A stretch of 64,000 nucleotides of DNA from the IMG/VR virus record IMGVR_UViG_2862413135_000001, positions 234 to 64,233 of that record; one strand, written 5' to 3'. Under the pieces are notes generated by a model. The model searched no databases and had not been told where the DNA came from. It saw nothing but the letters and a program-made list of their open reading frames with translations. Positions 52,242 through 61,810 of this stretch are shown one piece after another (the stretch's first letter is position 1; each line of letters opens with the position of its first letter). This DNA is from a virus. Lineage: Duplodnaviria > Caudoviricetes. A program made the position numbers and the translations under genes.

Positions 52242-53344
52242 GCGGTGTCTCCGGTGTCGAGGGCGGCGGCGACGGCGGCCCAGCCGGACACCGTGGTGTC
52301 GGTGCCGGGCAGTGGTTGGCCTGAAGCGAGGGCGATGACGTTGCTCCCGCCGGGGGCGGCGTTCATGGCTTCGTTGACGAAGCTGGGGATCGAGGAGGGG
52401 TCGGCGCCCTTGGCCATCCAGCGGGCGAGGCCGCGGCGAATGTCGTCGGCTTCGATCTCGTCGTCGATGAGTTTCTTGATCTGCTTGCCGACGCGGCCGA
52501 TGACGGTGCCCGGGGGTCGCTTGGCGCAGCGCTCGAGCCACTCGCCGACGATCGTGTCGGCTCCGATGAACCGGGGCTCTTCGGGTGCTTCTTCTGTCGC
52601 GCCGACGAAGTCGGAATCCTCGATGACGATCAGCTCGGCTTGGCCGTCTGCCTCAGCCACCCCGTCTTGTATGGGGCAGGGGATAGGGGCAGGGGTAGGG
52701 GCAGGGGCAGGGGAATGCGCGCGTGATGCGCCCGCACGCCCGCGCGTAGAGGGTTTCGGAGGTCCTTCGGCATCCCCTTCGTCAGGGGTATCGGAGGGGG
52801 TTCCCGAGGGGGTTCCCGAACCCCCTCGGGAAGGGTCGGGTTCGGGGGTGCCGAAGGCCTTGCGGAGGGTCGCGATGTGGGCGGCGACTTGCTGCCGGAT
52901 CGAGGGACCGTCCTGCCCCTTCATCTTGGTCGGGTCACTGCTGAGTTCGTCGAGGGGGATGCGGTCCATCTCGGCGAGTAGGGCGGCCTGGAGCCGGCGC
53001 GAGGAGATCTCCAGCGCGCCGGACACCATCGCGCCCATGACCTTGGGCATGCGCCACACGCCGTCGTTGCGGACGAAGGAGCGGATGAGGAGTTCCTCGG
53101 TGTCGTCGTCGACGACGATGAAGCGGGTCTCCTCGAGGGCCTGGAGCCTCTTCTCCAGTTCGGCCGAGGTCAGCCCGTTCGCCTTGCGGGACCAGCGTCG
53201 AAGGGTGAGCGGCAGCAGCCCGGCGTGATTCAGGTTGGGCTGCGAGATCAGGAACAGGTAGAGGCGCTGTTCCCTCTCGTCGAGCGTCAGGAAGTCGGAG
53301 TCCTCCCAGATGCTGGTGAGGATCCGGCCGTGGCCACGTGCCAT
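52238..53344 (-). CDS. phage replication initiator
   Basis: IWEDSDFLTL...LYLFLISQPNLNHAGLL winged-helix N-terminus; internal iteron-like repeats. Confidence 0.72.
   Translation of the reverse strand: MARGHGRILTSIWEDSDFLTLDEREQRLYLFLISQPNLNHAGLLPLTLRRWSRKANGLTSAELEKRLQALEETRFIVVDDDTEELLIRSFVRNDGVWRMPKVMGAMVSGALEISSRRLQAALLAEMDRIPLDELSSDPTKMKGQDGPSIRQQVAAHIATLRKAFGTPEPDPSRGGSGTPSGTPSDTPDEGDAEGPPKPSTRGRAGASRAHSPAPAPTPAPIPCPIQDGVAEADGQAELIVIEDSDFVGATEEAPEEPRFIGADTIVGEWLERCAKRPPGTVIGRVGKQIKKLIDDEIEADDIRRGLARWMAKGADPSSIPSFVNEAMNAAPGGSNVIALASGQPLPGTDTTVSGWAAVAAALDTGDTA
52673..52832. repeat. probable origin within initiator gene
   Basis: Three tandem 12-mers GGGGT(A/T)(T/C)C(G/C)GA(G/A) at 52785-52820, an inverted copy 52821-52832, and seven GGGG runs at 52673-52713. 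Confidence 0.5.
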
Positions 53345-53431
53345 GGGTTCGTCTTCTTTCGACTGGCGTGGTGTGGGTGGATGGGTCGGGGCCGGCGGGT
53401 CAGGGTCCGGCGCGCGGCCGGCAGCAGGCGG

Positions 53432-53866
53432 TCACGCGGCGGCTCGGCTGCCGGTAAGGCGGTAGCGGCGGTCGGCGGCCGCGTTGGCGGCCCGGCAGAC
53501 GTCGCAGGTCTCGCCGGCCTTGAGGTGGCGTCGGTACATGCGGGGCTCGCCGCAGACAGGCTCGGGCCGGGGTGTTCGCGCGCGGGTCTTGGGGTGCTTC
53601 CCGCCGGGCTTCCAGCCGTTGTCCTTCCAGCCCTGGATGGTGGAAGTGTCCGAACCGATGCGTTCGCCGATGGCCGTCAGGCTGAAGCCGCGGCCGTCGA
53701 GGATGCGCGCCGTGTGGATCTTCTCGGCGGGGGTGAGCTTCACCGGCTCGCCATTGAGGGCGTACTCGATGGCGATGTAGTCGAGGTCGGCGGTCTCGTC
53801 GTAGGTGGCGGTGGTGGAGACGTAGAGGCGCTCGCGCTGTCCGGCACCGATGCGGTGGCCGTTCAT
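53432..53866 (-). CDS. HTH/Zn-binding protein
   Basis: GFSLTAIGERIG; CG...YRRH....CDVC. Confidence 0.6.
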   Translation of the reverse strand: MNGHRIGAGQRERLYVSTTATYDETADLDYIAIEYALNGEPVKLTPAEKIHTARILDGRGFSLTAIGERIGSDTSTIQGWKDNGWKPGGKHPKTRARTPRPEPVCGEPRMYRRHLKAGETCDVCRAANAAADRRYRLTGSRAAA

Positions 53867-54207
53867 GCGGCGGCCCGGCGGCGGGCGTAGTAGACGGTTT
53901 CGGTGGTGCACCCGACCCGGGCTGCGATGACCCGGACGGGCAGGCCCCACCGTTCGCACTGCTCGATCGCGGCCCGCCGCTCGACCCAGGTGAGTTCTGC
54001 GGGCGGGTCTCCGGCGGCGGCCCGTTCGATGGCCGCTTCGTCGGGCTCGGGCGCCGTCCACGTCCAGGTGTCGCCCGCGGCCCGCCTCTTGCTGCGCGCG
54101 CGGTGGACGGTGCGCTGGGAGCAGCCGAGCTGCGAGGCGATGGCCGCGGCAGACAGGCCCTGCTGGTCGAGTTCGGCGATCAGGTTGCGCCTCTGGGTGG
54201 CGGTCAC
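53863..54207 (-). CDS. double-HTH protein
   Basis: GLSAAAIASQLGCSQRTVHR; IAARVGCTTETV. Confidence 0.7.
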   Translation of the reverse strand: MTATQRRNLIAELDQQGLSAAAIASQLGCSQRTVHRARSKRRAAGDTWTWTAPEPDEAAIERAAAGDPPAELTWVERRAAIEQCERWGLPVRVIAARVGCTTETVYYARRRAAA

Positions 54208-55025
54208 GCGGCCACCGCCATCTCGGCCCGGCTGCGGGCGCGGACGACGGTCCGCTTGTGGCAGCCGAGTTCGTTGGCGATCTGCTCTGCGGTCCGGCCT
54301 GCAGCAGTGAGGGCGGCGACGCGGGCCGGGTCGGCGTAGACCTTGCGCCGACTGCCGGGCTTGTCGTCGCGCTTACGCTCTGTCTCCGGCTGGCAGTGGG
54401 GGTCGTCGATGTCTGCCCAGGCGAGTGGCCCCGGCCAGCGTTCCTTCTTCGCCCGGGCCTTGGCGGTGGCGCTAGTGCCGGCCTTCTGGGAGAGCACCTT
54501 GTAGGCGTCGCGGACGGCGTTGTGGGTCGCGACGGTGATGTTCTGCCGGGCGCCGCGGACGATGTATTCGACGGTGCGCAGGTGAAGGCCGGGCGAGGCG
54601 TCGGCGATGGCCTGGGGGGTGTGGCCGAGGGTGTAGAGGGCTCGGCACCGCCGGGTCGCGCCAAGGACGGAAACCCGGCCTTCGGTGGGGGCGTGGCCGG
54701 CTTGGACGGCGAGGATCTTTTCGGCGGTGGTGCGCCGGATGGTGGGGAACTGTCCTGTGCCGTGGTTGCGGATGGTGGAGGAGTCGACTCCGGCGGCGGC
54801 GGCGATCTGGCCGGTCGTCATGTTGTCGGCGTACAGCTGGTTGATGTGGCGGGTGATGGGGGCGGCGGGAACGGTGGCGGGTCGGCCTGCGAGCCGGGCG
54901 AGGAGTCGCTTCTGGCCGGCGCGGGTCCATCCGTCGATGCACTTGCGGCACCGGCAGGGGCGGCGGGTCTTACTGCCCTGGTAGCGGGCTTCGCTGCCGT
55001 GGGGCGGAGATGGGCGGTGGGTCAC
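54204..55025 (-). CDS. Zn/HTH DNA-binding protein
   Basis: HG...CRCRKC; IANELGCHKRTVVR. Confidence 0.65.
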   Translation of the reverse strand: MTHRPSPPHGSEARYQGSKTRRPCRCRKCIDGWTRAGQKRLLARLAGRPATVPAAPITRHINQLYADNMTTGQIAAAAGVDSSTIRNHGTGQFPTIRRTTAEKILAVQAGHAPTEGRVSVLGATRRCRALYTLGHTPQAIADASPGLHLRTVEYIVRGARQNITVATHNAVRDAYKVLSQKAGTSATAKARAKKERWPGPLAWADIDDPHCQPETERKRDDKPGSRRKVYADPARVAALTAAGRTAEQIANELGCHKRTVVRARSRAEMAVAA

Positions 55026-55237
55026 GGCGTCTCCTTCCGGGGCTGGTCGTGGGTGTCGAAGAGGGGGCGGAGCATGGGCCGGTGGACGTACAGCTGCACG
55101 TCGCGGATGAGGCGGCGAACGGCGAGGCGGACGCGGATCCGCCGGTAGGTCCACAGGGCCGCGGCGACGAGGACGGCGGCGGTCGGGGCGACGATCACGG
55201 TGACGGCGATCCAGCCGAGGGCGAGGTGGGTGATCAC
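55022..55237 (-). CDS. small membrane protein
   Basis: Single TM, coupled. Confidence 0.5.
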   Translation of the reverse strand: MITHLALGWIAVTVIVAPTAAVLVAAALWTYRRIRVRLAVRRLIRDVQLYVHRPMLRPLFDTHDQPRKETP

Positions 55238-55599
55238 GCGGCGGCTCCGCGGTGTGCTGCGGTGCCGGTCCACTGGCGGCAGAGGCTGCGGTGGACGGTG
55301 GCGCGGGTGGACTGGACGACTCCGGCGTGCTCGATCACGCCCGCTTTCGCGGCGGCCATGAACGCGGCGCCCCACCGGGCGGGGCTGTCGGGTTCGTCGA
55401 CGAGGCCTTCGGCGATGAGGTCGGCGGCCTGGAACGGGGTGCCGCGGCGGGCCATCAGTTCGATGGCGGCGCGGCAGGCGGTCGCCCAGTCGGGCGGGGT
55501 GTTCGCGGCGGCGCGGGCTATGCCGTCGGCCTTGGCGGTCTCGCCCGCGGCCGGGCTAATCGCGCCCGGGACGGGCTCGGGGAACTGGAGCTGTGTCAT
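55234..55599 (-). CDS. hypothetical phage protein
   Basis: RWGAAFMAAAKAGVI; RBS AGGAG. Confidence 0.65.
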   Translation of the reverse strand: MTQLQFPEPVPGAISPAAGETAKADGIARAAANTPPDWATACRAAIELMARRGTPFQAADLIAEGLVDEPDSPARWGAAFMAAAKAGVIEHAGVVQSTRATVHRSLCRQWTGTAAHRGAAA

Positions 55600-55663
55600 C
55601 GTGGTCTCCTCGGTGAGTTCAGGAGGCCGCCCGCATTACGGGTGCGGGCGGCACCCTGGGCTG

Positions 55664-56482
55664 CTACTCGGTGGGGGTGGCGGGCTTACCGCCGGTCAGT
55701 TCGTCCGCGGTGACGCGGGGCGCCGGGAACTCCTCCTCGGCCGTGACCTCGCCGCGCTGGATCGACTTGTAGATGACGATCAGCTGGGCGACGTCGTGCT
55801 CGGTCCACTTCGCCGACGGCCGGTCGAGGCGGCCCTCGATACGGTCCGCGGTGATGCCGATGCCCTCGAACGTCTTGATGGCGTCGGCGACGCGCTGGGC
55901 GAGCGGCTTGCCGCCGCCGTCCCGCAGCGTCTGGTTGCACAGCTCCTTCGCCTCCTCGACGAACCAGGGCGGGAGGATCGCGAAGATCGACTCACGGACG
56001 CGGCGGGCGCCGTTGTTGGCGTTGTTCTCGTAGATGTCCCGCATGTCGGTGAGCTGCTTCGTGCCGTTCTTCGTGTCGCGGCGGTGCGGGACGATGAACG
56101 TGGAGGAGTTACGCGAGTTGGTCTGCACGTCCCAGGCGAAGGCCTGCATCTCGGACTGGCCGTAGTCGTCGTCGCGGCGCATCTCGACGAGTCCGTACTG
56201 GACGTTGCCCCAGACCCGCGCGAGTTCACGGGCCAGGTGGACGGATGCGCCGGTGACGGTGGAGCCGCCGCGGCTGTAGCGGAAGAACGCGCGCTCGGCG
56301 AGGCCCTGCTGCTTGCAGGACTCGCGCATCTCGGCGACGGCGGCCTGGATGTTGCGGGGGCACTGCTGGGCGACGACGACCGCGGCCTGCACTTCGGCGG
56401 CGGCGCGGGACTGCTCGACCGCGGTGCCCTGCCCGATGCGGGCCGGCGTCGTGGTGGACGGGCTGGGGACGGGCTGGTTCAC
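55664..56482 (-). CDS. RecT-like single-strand annealing protein
   Basis: GASVHLARELARVWGN, ARRVRESI; coupled to exonuclease. Confidence 0.65.
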   Translation of the reverse strand: MNQPVPSPSTTTPARIGQGTAVEQSRAAAEVQAAVVVAQQCPRNIQAAVAEMRESCKQQGLAERAFFRYSRGGSTVTGASVHLARELARVWGNVQYGLVEMRRDDDYGQSEMQAFAWDVQTNSRNSSTFIVPHRRDTKNGTKQLTDMRDIYENNANNGARRVRESIFAILPPWFVEEAKELCNQTLRDGGGKPLAQRVADAIKTFEGIGITADRIEGRLDRPSAKWTEHDVAQLIVIYKSIQRGEVTAEEEFPAPRVTADELTGGKPATPTE

Positions 56483-57402
56483 AGGTACTCCTCGTGGTCG
56501 CGCTTCTCGGCGTAGGGCGGCAGGGGCAGGTAGGTGATGCGGTCGTTGAAGCCGGGCCAGACGCCGGTGCGCTGGCAGTCGGCGTAGATCCGCAGGGCGC
56601 GCTCGTTGCGGGCGGCGCCGAGGGTGAGGGCGGGGAAGTCGAGTTCGACCAGGTGCACCAGGTAGGGCGGGGCCTTCGACTGGAAGACGAAGATGAACGC
56701 GGGCTCCTGGTCGCCGGTCAGGCCGAGGGCTTTGGCGCCGGCCAGGTAGAAGGCGGCTTGGGCGTGGTAGCCGTGCTCGTAGACGGCTCGCTGGAGGGCG
56801 GCGGGGTCGACGGCCCGTGCGGTCTTGACGTCGACGACGATGAGGCGGCCGTTCTCCTCGCGGTGGCGCAGCCAGTCGGGCCGGATGCGGCAGCGCACGC
56901 CGGTCGCTGGGTCGGTCCAGTACATCGAGCGTTCGGCGACGCCGGTGCCGGGTGCGAACAGGGGTCCGGCGATGGGGTGCTGGCGGATGGCGTCGGCCAT
57001 GGCCTGGATCTGCTCGTACTCGTGGCGGAGCAGTGGGACGGCACCCATGGCGCGGGACTCGTCGCGGGCTTCCTTGGCGTCCTTGGTCAGGTAGTTGTCG
57101 AAGTCGAGGACGTCGATGTCCGGGCCGTCGCCGAGGATCTCGCGGTGGGCGGCGTGTCCGAAGTCGAACGTCTTGGTGGGGGCGGGCGGGTTGTCGCGGT
57201 CGTAATGGAACTGGGCGGGACAGCCGGGCGGCAGGAGGGCGCGCAGGCCGGAGGAAGAGATCGAGGTGCGGTCGGCGTGGTAGTCGTCGGCGGAGAGCCC
57301 GTCGACCCATCCGGCGGCGCCGCTCTCGCAGTCCTCGCAGCGGCCGTCCCGGGTGAACGGTCCGTCGGTGTCGCCGCACTGGCGGCAGGCGAGGGGGCTC
57401 AT
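56479..57402 (-). CDS. RecE-like PD-(D/E)XK exonuclease (DUF3799-like)
   Basis: ISSSGLR, FGHAAH, RIRPDWL, DVKT, YHAQAAFY. Confidence 0.88.
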   Translation of the reverse strand: MSPLACRQCGDTDGPFTRDGRCEDCESGAAGWVDGLSADDYHADRTSISSSGLRALLPPGCPAQFHYDRDNPPAPTKTFDFGHAAHREILGDGPDIDVLDFDNYLTKDAKEARDESRAMGAVPLLRHEYEQIQAMADAIRQHPIAGPLFAPGTGVAERSMYWTDPATGVRCRIRPDWLRHREENGRLIVVDVKTARAVDPAALQRAVYEHGYHAQAAFYLAGAKALGLTGDQEPAFIFVFQSKAPPYLVHLVELDFPALTLGAARNERALRIYADCQRTGVWPGFNDRITYLPLPPYAEKRDHEEYL

Positions 57403-57644
57403 CAGAACGGGTACCTCTCTGCGTGGTCGTTGCGGCGGGGCCAGAGGCGGAGGCTCCAGGTGCGGAGCTGGTCGAGGCAGTGGCAGTCGATCCAGTCGCC
57501 GTCGCCGCCGGGGGTGACGTATCCGTGGCCGCCGTTCCCGCGGCAGGCGCGGCAGTTGGGGTCGGGCTTGGGTTGTCGGGTGAGGTGGACGGCGCGCTGC
57601 TCGTACTCGATCTGCCAGCGGCCGATGGTGCGGGTGAGGTACAT
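57402..57644 (-). CDS. small CxxCxGxG protein
   Basis: CRACRGNGG...CHC. Confidence 0.5.
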   Translation of the reverse strand: MYLTRTIGRWQIEYEQRAVHLTRQPKPDPNCRACRGNGGHGYVTPGGDGDWIDCHCLDQLRTWSLRLWPRRNDHAERYPF

Positions 57645-57807
57645 GGGGCCCCGTCTCTGGGTGTGGTGATTGGCGGGCAGCCGCCCCGGGGGGAGGTGGG
57701 GCGGCTGCCCTGGGGTGCCGCGGAGCATTGGGGGTGGCGCTCGACGCGGCGGTCTGTGAAGTTGTGCGCCCGGTCGACGGCCTGCGGTCATCCGCCGGCC
57801 GGGCGGG

Positions 57808-58266
57808 TCAGTGGATGCGGCCCGGGTCGGTGACGGGCTGGATGCCGAGGGCGTCCCACAGCGTCTTGACGTCGATCGGCCTGGTGGCCTGGTCCTCGAG
57901 CGCACTGGTGTCGCGGTAGCCGCAGGGGACGGCGATGCGGTGGGCGTTGGCCTCGGCGGCCAGCTGGGCGGCGAACCGTGCCTTGAGAGCGGCGACTTCC
58001 TCGTCGAGGCAGTCGCGTTCGGCCGTGAGGTCGTCCACGTCGGCCTGCAGCTTGACGACGAGCTCCTCCGCCTCGGCGAGCTGGGCGGCGGTCCAGGCGC
58101 GGACGGCTTCCGCGTCGTCGAGCTGGACGCGGAGGCCCATGATGAGGATGTCGGCGCCGGCTCGAAGGCCCTTCTGCCGGTCGACCTCGTCGATGGCGCG
58201 GTGCCGGGTGCGCGGGGTCCGGGCGAAGTGGCCGAGCCGGACGGGCAGCAGTTCGCCGAGGGTCAT
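57808..58266 (-). CDS. coiled-coil hypothetical protein
   Basis: Heptad-rich central region. Confidence 0.6.
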   Translation of the reverse strand: MTLGELLPVRLGHFARTPRTRHRAIDEVDRQKGLRAGADILIMGLRVQLDDAEAVRAWTAAQLAEAEELVVKLQADVDDLTAERDCLDEEVAALKARFAAQLAAEANAHRIAVPCGYRDTSALEDQATRPIDVKTLWDALGIQPVTDPGRIH

Positions 58267-58476
58267 CTACGTCTCCAGTCCGGTGCGGTCGATGTAGCCG
58301 GCGGCTTCGGTGTCGGCGAAGTCGCGGGCAGTGCGGAGCCGGTGGTTGAGGTTGCAGGCCTCGTCGAGGGCGCGTTGGTGGGCGGCGATGACGGGGCGGG
58401 CGCGGCGGATGTAGAGGCGGGCGAGGGCGTTGAGGAGCCCGGCGGTCGGCGACAGGCGCGCGGGCGGGGCGGTCAC
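58267..58476 (-). CDS. hypothetical protein
   Basis: Coupled ORF. Confidence 0.5.
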   Translation of the reverse strand: MTAPPARLSPTAGLLNALARLYIRRARPVIAAHQRALDEACNLNHRLRTARDFADTEAAGYIDRTGLET

Positions 58477-58748
58477 CGGGGAGCCTCGCGCAGCTGCACG
58501 TCTTCGACCGGGCGGCCGCTGTAGCTCCGGTGGCTGCACTGGTTGAGCAGGCACGGCTTGGCGCGGCGGTCCCACTCGTCGCGGCCGACGAGTTCGTGCC
58601 GCCATCCCTGCGCGGCCTCACGCCGTCGGTCGGCCACCCGGGGCGTGAACTCCTTGTGGGCGTCCTCGGCGAGCGGGCCCACGTACTCCTCGTGGACGGA
58701 GCCGTCGACGCAGCCCTGCGGGTTGATGCGGATCCAGAAGCCGGCCAT
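58473..58748 (-). CDS. hypothetical protein
   Basis: MAGFWIRINPQGC; coupled. Confidence 0.55.
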   Translation of the reverse strand: MAGFWIRINPQGCVDGSVHEEYVGPLAEDAHKEFTPRVADRRREAAQGWRHELVGRDEWDRRAKPCLLNQCSHRSYSGRPVEDVQLREAPR

Positions 58749-59002
58749 CACGCCGCCTCCCCGATGAGCACCTGCCGGTAGAGGGCGGCGGTGGTGGCCT
58801 GGGGGCGGGGGGTGAGGGGGCCGTGCCAGCGGGTCAGGTAGTCGAGCGGCAGGGTCTCTCCGGGCTGGCCGGGCTGGTCGAGGCGCTGCATGAGGGGCTG
58901 GCCGGACTCGCCGATCTCGCAGGTCCACAGCCATTCGGTGCGGTCGGCGGCGGTCTGGACGCGGTCCAGGTCGATGACCGTGCCGTCGAGGAACGTGGTC
59001 AC
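58748..59002 (-). CDS. hypothetical Streptomyces phage protein
   Basis: IDLDR...WLWT...GQPLM...HGPL. Confidence 0.6.
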   Translation of the reverse strand: MTTFLDGTVIDLDRVQTAADRTEWLWTCEIGESGQPLMQRLDQPGQPGETLPLDYLTRWHGPLTPRPQATTAALYRQVLIGEAA

Positions 59003-59511
59003 GAGGCGGCCTCCCGCTCGGCGAGGTCGCGGCAGTTGGGGCACTCGTGGCGGACGTCGGTGAGGTTGCCGTGGGCGTCGACGTCGCGGTTGTCGGCGTC
59101 GCCGAGGTACTGGCCGCAGCCGTTGCAGCACCGCTTGAGCTTGATCGTGGTGACCGTGCGGCCCTCGTCGTTGACGCTCGTCCGGTCAGGCGTGTTCGTG
59201 CGGGGGGCGATGTCCACGTGGCTGAGGCAGATGCCGCCCGCGTAGCCCTCGACCGAGACGACCGGGTCGCCGTGACCGAGGATCCAGGCCGGGGTGCGAG
59301 TGACGGTCTCCAGCCGCGTGCACGGGTCGGCGTCACCGAAGGTGCGCCCTTCCTCGACGCGCTTGCGGTAGGCAACCGCCACCGGGTGCTCCGGGCGGAT
59401 GCCGGGATACGCGACGACCGGAGTGCCGATCGGGTAGCGGGCGTTGAAGGTGTCGGCCTCCTGCCGGCCGGCCTTCTTGTCCGCTTCGACCTTGGCTCGG
59501 TAGCTGCTCAT
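58999..59511 (-). CDS. hypothetical phage protein
   Basis: FNARYPIGTPVVAYPG; C-terminal CNGC..CPNC. Confidence 0.65.
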   Translation of the reverse strand: MSSYRAKVEADKKAGRQEADTFNARYPIGTPVVAYPGIRPEHPVAVAYRKRVEEGRTFGDADPCTRLETVTRTPAWILGHGDPVVSVEGYAGGICLSHVDIAPRTNTPDRTSVNDEGRTVTTIKLKRCCNGCGQYLGDADNRDVDAHGNLTDVRHECPNCRDLAEREAAS

Positions 59512-60389
59512 GCCGCCACCTCGGATCCCTCGGCCGCCTGGTCGGCGAGCATCTCCAGACGTTCGGCCGCGGCCCGCACGCCGTCCGAGTACCCCTCGCA
59601 ATACGCCGATGGGCGCCCAGCCAATTCGGGGCCGAGCGTGTCCAGCGCCTCGGCCGCCTTCGACGCCTCGGAGAAGACGCTGGAGCGGAAGGCGCGGGGC
59701 TGAGCGAACGGGTCGTCCGCCTGCGGCATCGCCTGGTGGTAGAGCCACTGGGCACCCAAGGCGTCAGCGCCGGGATCGTCGGAGTCGAAGATGAAGCTCG
59801 ACAGCGACCGGCCGGTGGCCGTCAGGGCGTTCTCCAGCTCGGCGGTACGGCACCAGGGGCAGCCACGGTTGTCGTCCGGGGCGCGAAGCCAGGTGGGGTG
59901 CTCGGGGTTGTCGCAGGATGCGGAGACGCGGCCGTCAGGGTCTCCGAGGTCGAGGGCCCGGTATGCGGCCAGCTCGGCGGCCTGCTTCTCCTGCGCCGTC
60001 TCCGCCTCGTGCAGCGGCGTGAACACCTTCGTGCCGTACTTGACGGCCGTGGCGCAGGGCCAGCCGACGACCTGCCCCTCCTCCTGGCAGACCGCGCACA
60101 GCCACGCGTTCGGCACACCGCAGTCGTCGAATACCGGGACGTGGAACCGGGCCGGAAGCTTCTCGTTCTCCTCCAGGGAGAAGCCCGCGAGGATCTCGTA
60201 GTGCGGGTGGTCTGGGGCGTGCAGGAGCGTGGCCCGCTGGGCGCACTCGTCGTGCTCGACCGGCTCACCAGCGGCGACGTTGCTACGGCAGGTGCCGCAC
60301 GCAGACGGGTCGGCGCTCGTGCTCTTCGTCGCGAGGAACTTCGCGCGGGACTCGACCCAGAACGGGTCCATCTCCTGGTAGTCGGTCAC
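59508..60389 (-). CDS. mosaic hypothetical protein
   Basis: Cys clusters, WPCAT; coupled. Confidence 0.55.
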   Translation of the reverse strand: MTDYQEMDPFWVESRAKFLATKSTSADPSACGTCRSNVAAGEPVEHDECAQRATLLHAPDHPHYEILAGFSLEENEKLPARFHVPVFDDCGVPNAWLCAVCQEEGQVVGWPCATAVKYGTKVFTPLHEAETAQEKQAAELAAYRALDLGDPDGRVSASCDNPEHPTWLRAPDDNRGCPWCRTAELENALTATGRSLSSFIFDSDDPGADALGAQWLYHQAMPQADDPFAQPRAFRSSVFSEASKAAEALDTLGPELAGRPSAYCEGYSDGVRAAAERLEMLADQAAEGSEVAA

Positions 60390-60649
60390 CGGGTCTCCTG
60401 CGGGGTCGAGCTGTGGGCGGCTTTGATGGCGGCGAACTGGGCGGCCCATTCGGGGTAGTCCGCGCTCGTGGCGCAGGCGTCCGGGTGGGTGACGAGCCAG
60501 GCGTCGAGGTGGTAGGCGATCTGCTCCGACGGGGACGCGGTACGGGCGGCGGCCCGCTCGAACGCGACCGCGGCGAGCTCCGCCTCCAGGACCGGCAGCG
60601 GGGTGTCGGCCGCCGTGATGGGTGGTGCGGGGGACTGGAAGGCCTTCAC
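60386..60649 (-). CDS. hypothetical protein
   Basis: Coupled ORF. Confidence 0.5.
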   Translation of the reverse strand: MKAFQSPAPPITAADTPLPVLEAELAAVAFERAAARTASPSEQIAYHLDAWLVTHPDACATSADYPEWAAQFAAIKAAHSSTPQETR

Positions 60650-60930
60650 CGAGAGCCCCCCGCCTCGACGGCAAGCTGGCTGGTGACCATGTGCGGCTCA
60701 AGGGACACCCAGTCGCAGCCGCCGTGGGCGTGGACCGCGCCATCCTCGTCCTGCCATGCCGCATCCAGGTCGAACGGGATGCTGCGGGCGGCCTCGGAGA
60801 ACGGGCCCTTCGCGGCCTCCTTGCTGGCGTAGACGCCGAGGACGGTGCCGCCCTCGTGGTCTTCGCCGGTAGAGAGAACCCAGACGACCGGTCCGGTCGC
60901 CCGCTGCGGCTTCGTGGATACTGGCTTCAC
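60646..60930 (-). CDS. hypothetical protein
   Basis: VWVLSTGEDHEGGTVLGVYASKEAA. Confidence 0.6.
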   Translation of the reverse strand: MKPVSTKPQRATGPVVWVLSTGEDHEGGTVLGVYASKEAAKGPFSEAARSIPFDLDAAWQDEDGAVHAHGGCDWVSLEPHMVTSQLAVEAGGSR

Positions 60931-61035
60931 GTGAAGCCCCTTTCGTTTCAACGGTTCGTGAGGGGTGGATCGCGCGGCTTGGCCGCGGGGCCCCGGCTGC
61001 CGGCGTGCGAACCGGCGGTTGGGGTCTTGGCCGCT

Positions 61036-61347
61036 CTAGGCGGCGACGGGCTTGGCGTACCGGTTGGGAACGCGCTCTCCCTGGGCCTGCACCCAGCGGA
61101 TGTGAGCGGCCGTCATGCGCGGCGACTTGCCGACGTAGGTGTGCGGGACGCGTCCGTACTGGATCGCTTCGACAACCCAGTTCGTGGTCTTGCCGAGGAT
61201 CGCGGCGGCTTCCTCGGGGGTGAAGCACTTCAGCTCCAGCTCAGCCGCGGTGGGGGCGGTGGCGAGGCGCTCAAGAGCTGCGGTCAGTTCCGCCAGCCGA
61301 AGCGTGAGGGTCACCTCGGTGGGGGGATCCAGGTCATTCCTGGGCAC
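61036..61347 (-). CDS. excisionase-like HTH protein
   Basis: FTPEEAAAILGKTTNWV...VPHTYVGKSPRMT. Confidence 0.75.
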   Translation of the reverse strand: MPRNDLDPPTEVTLTLRLAELTAALERLATAPTAAELELKCFTPEEAAAILGKTTNWVVEAIQYGRVPHTYVGKSPRMTAAHIRWVQAQGERVPNRYAKPVAA

Positions 61348-61552
61348 GTGGGGCCTCCTTGTGGGTTATGGCGTCCAGAGGGACGTCGAGTTGTTTGGCG
61401 TAGAGGTGGAGGGTTCCGTCGCCTGCTCCCTGTTGGCCGTTTTCGACTCGGGAGAGGTATCCGGGGTCTCTGCCGATGGCCTTGGCGAGCTGCTGAAGGC
61501 TGATCCCCCGAGCCTCTCGGATGGCCTTCATTGCGGCTCCGTTCGGTCTCAC
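61334..61552 (-). CDS. Cro-like XRE regulator
   Basis: IREARGISLQQLAKAIGRDPGYLSRVENG; divergent from repressor. Confidence 0.85.
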   Translation of the reverse strand: MRPNGAAMKAIREARGISLQQLAKAIGRDPGYLSRVENGQQGAGDGTLHLYAKQLDVPLDAITHKEAPRAQE

Positions 61553-61599
61553 GAGACACAACGTAGACCCAACGGAGCGCCAATGGCAAGAGCCTTGGT

Positions 61600-61637
61600 C
61601 CGGGTTCCTTCGGTGTTATTCCGGATTCCTTGGGTGT
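61600..61637. promoter_or_regulatory. operator-like direct repeats in immunity switch
   Basis: CCGGGTTCCTTCGGTGT (61600) and CCGGATTCCTTGGGTGT (61621). Confidence 0.45.
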
Positions 61638-61810
61638 ACCCCTGGGACCGCACCCGTGATCTCTGGCCAGTGGTGTACGGCGTGCGGCGGCGCACTCACG
61701 GGGCGCAAGCGCAACGAGGCGCTAACGAGGCAACAAAAAAGCTCCCCAAAGACCGATCAATCCTGGTCAATTAGGGGAGCCCCTGGGTGCGTGTTGCCAA
61801 ACCGTGCGGC

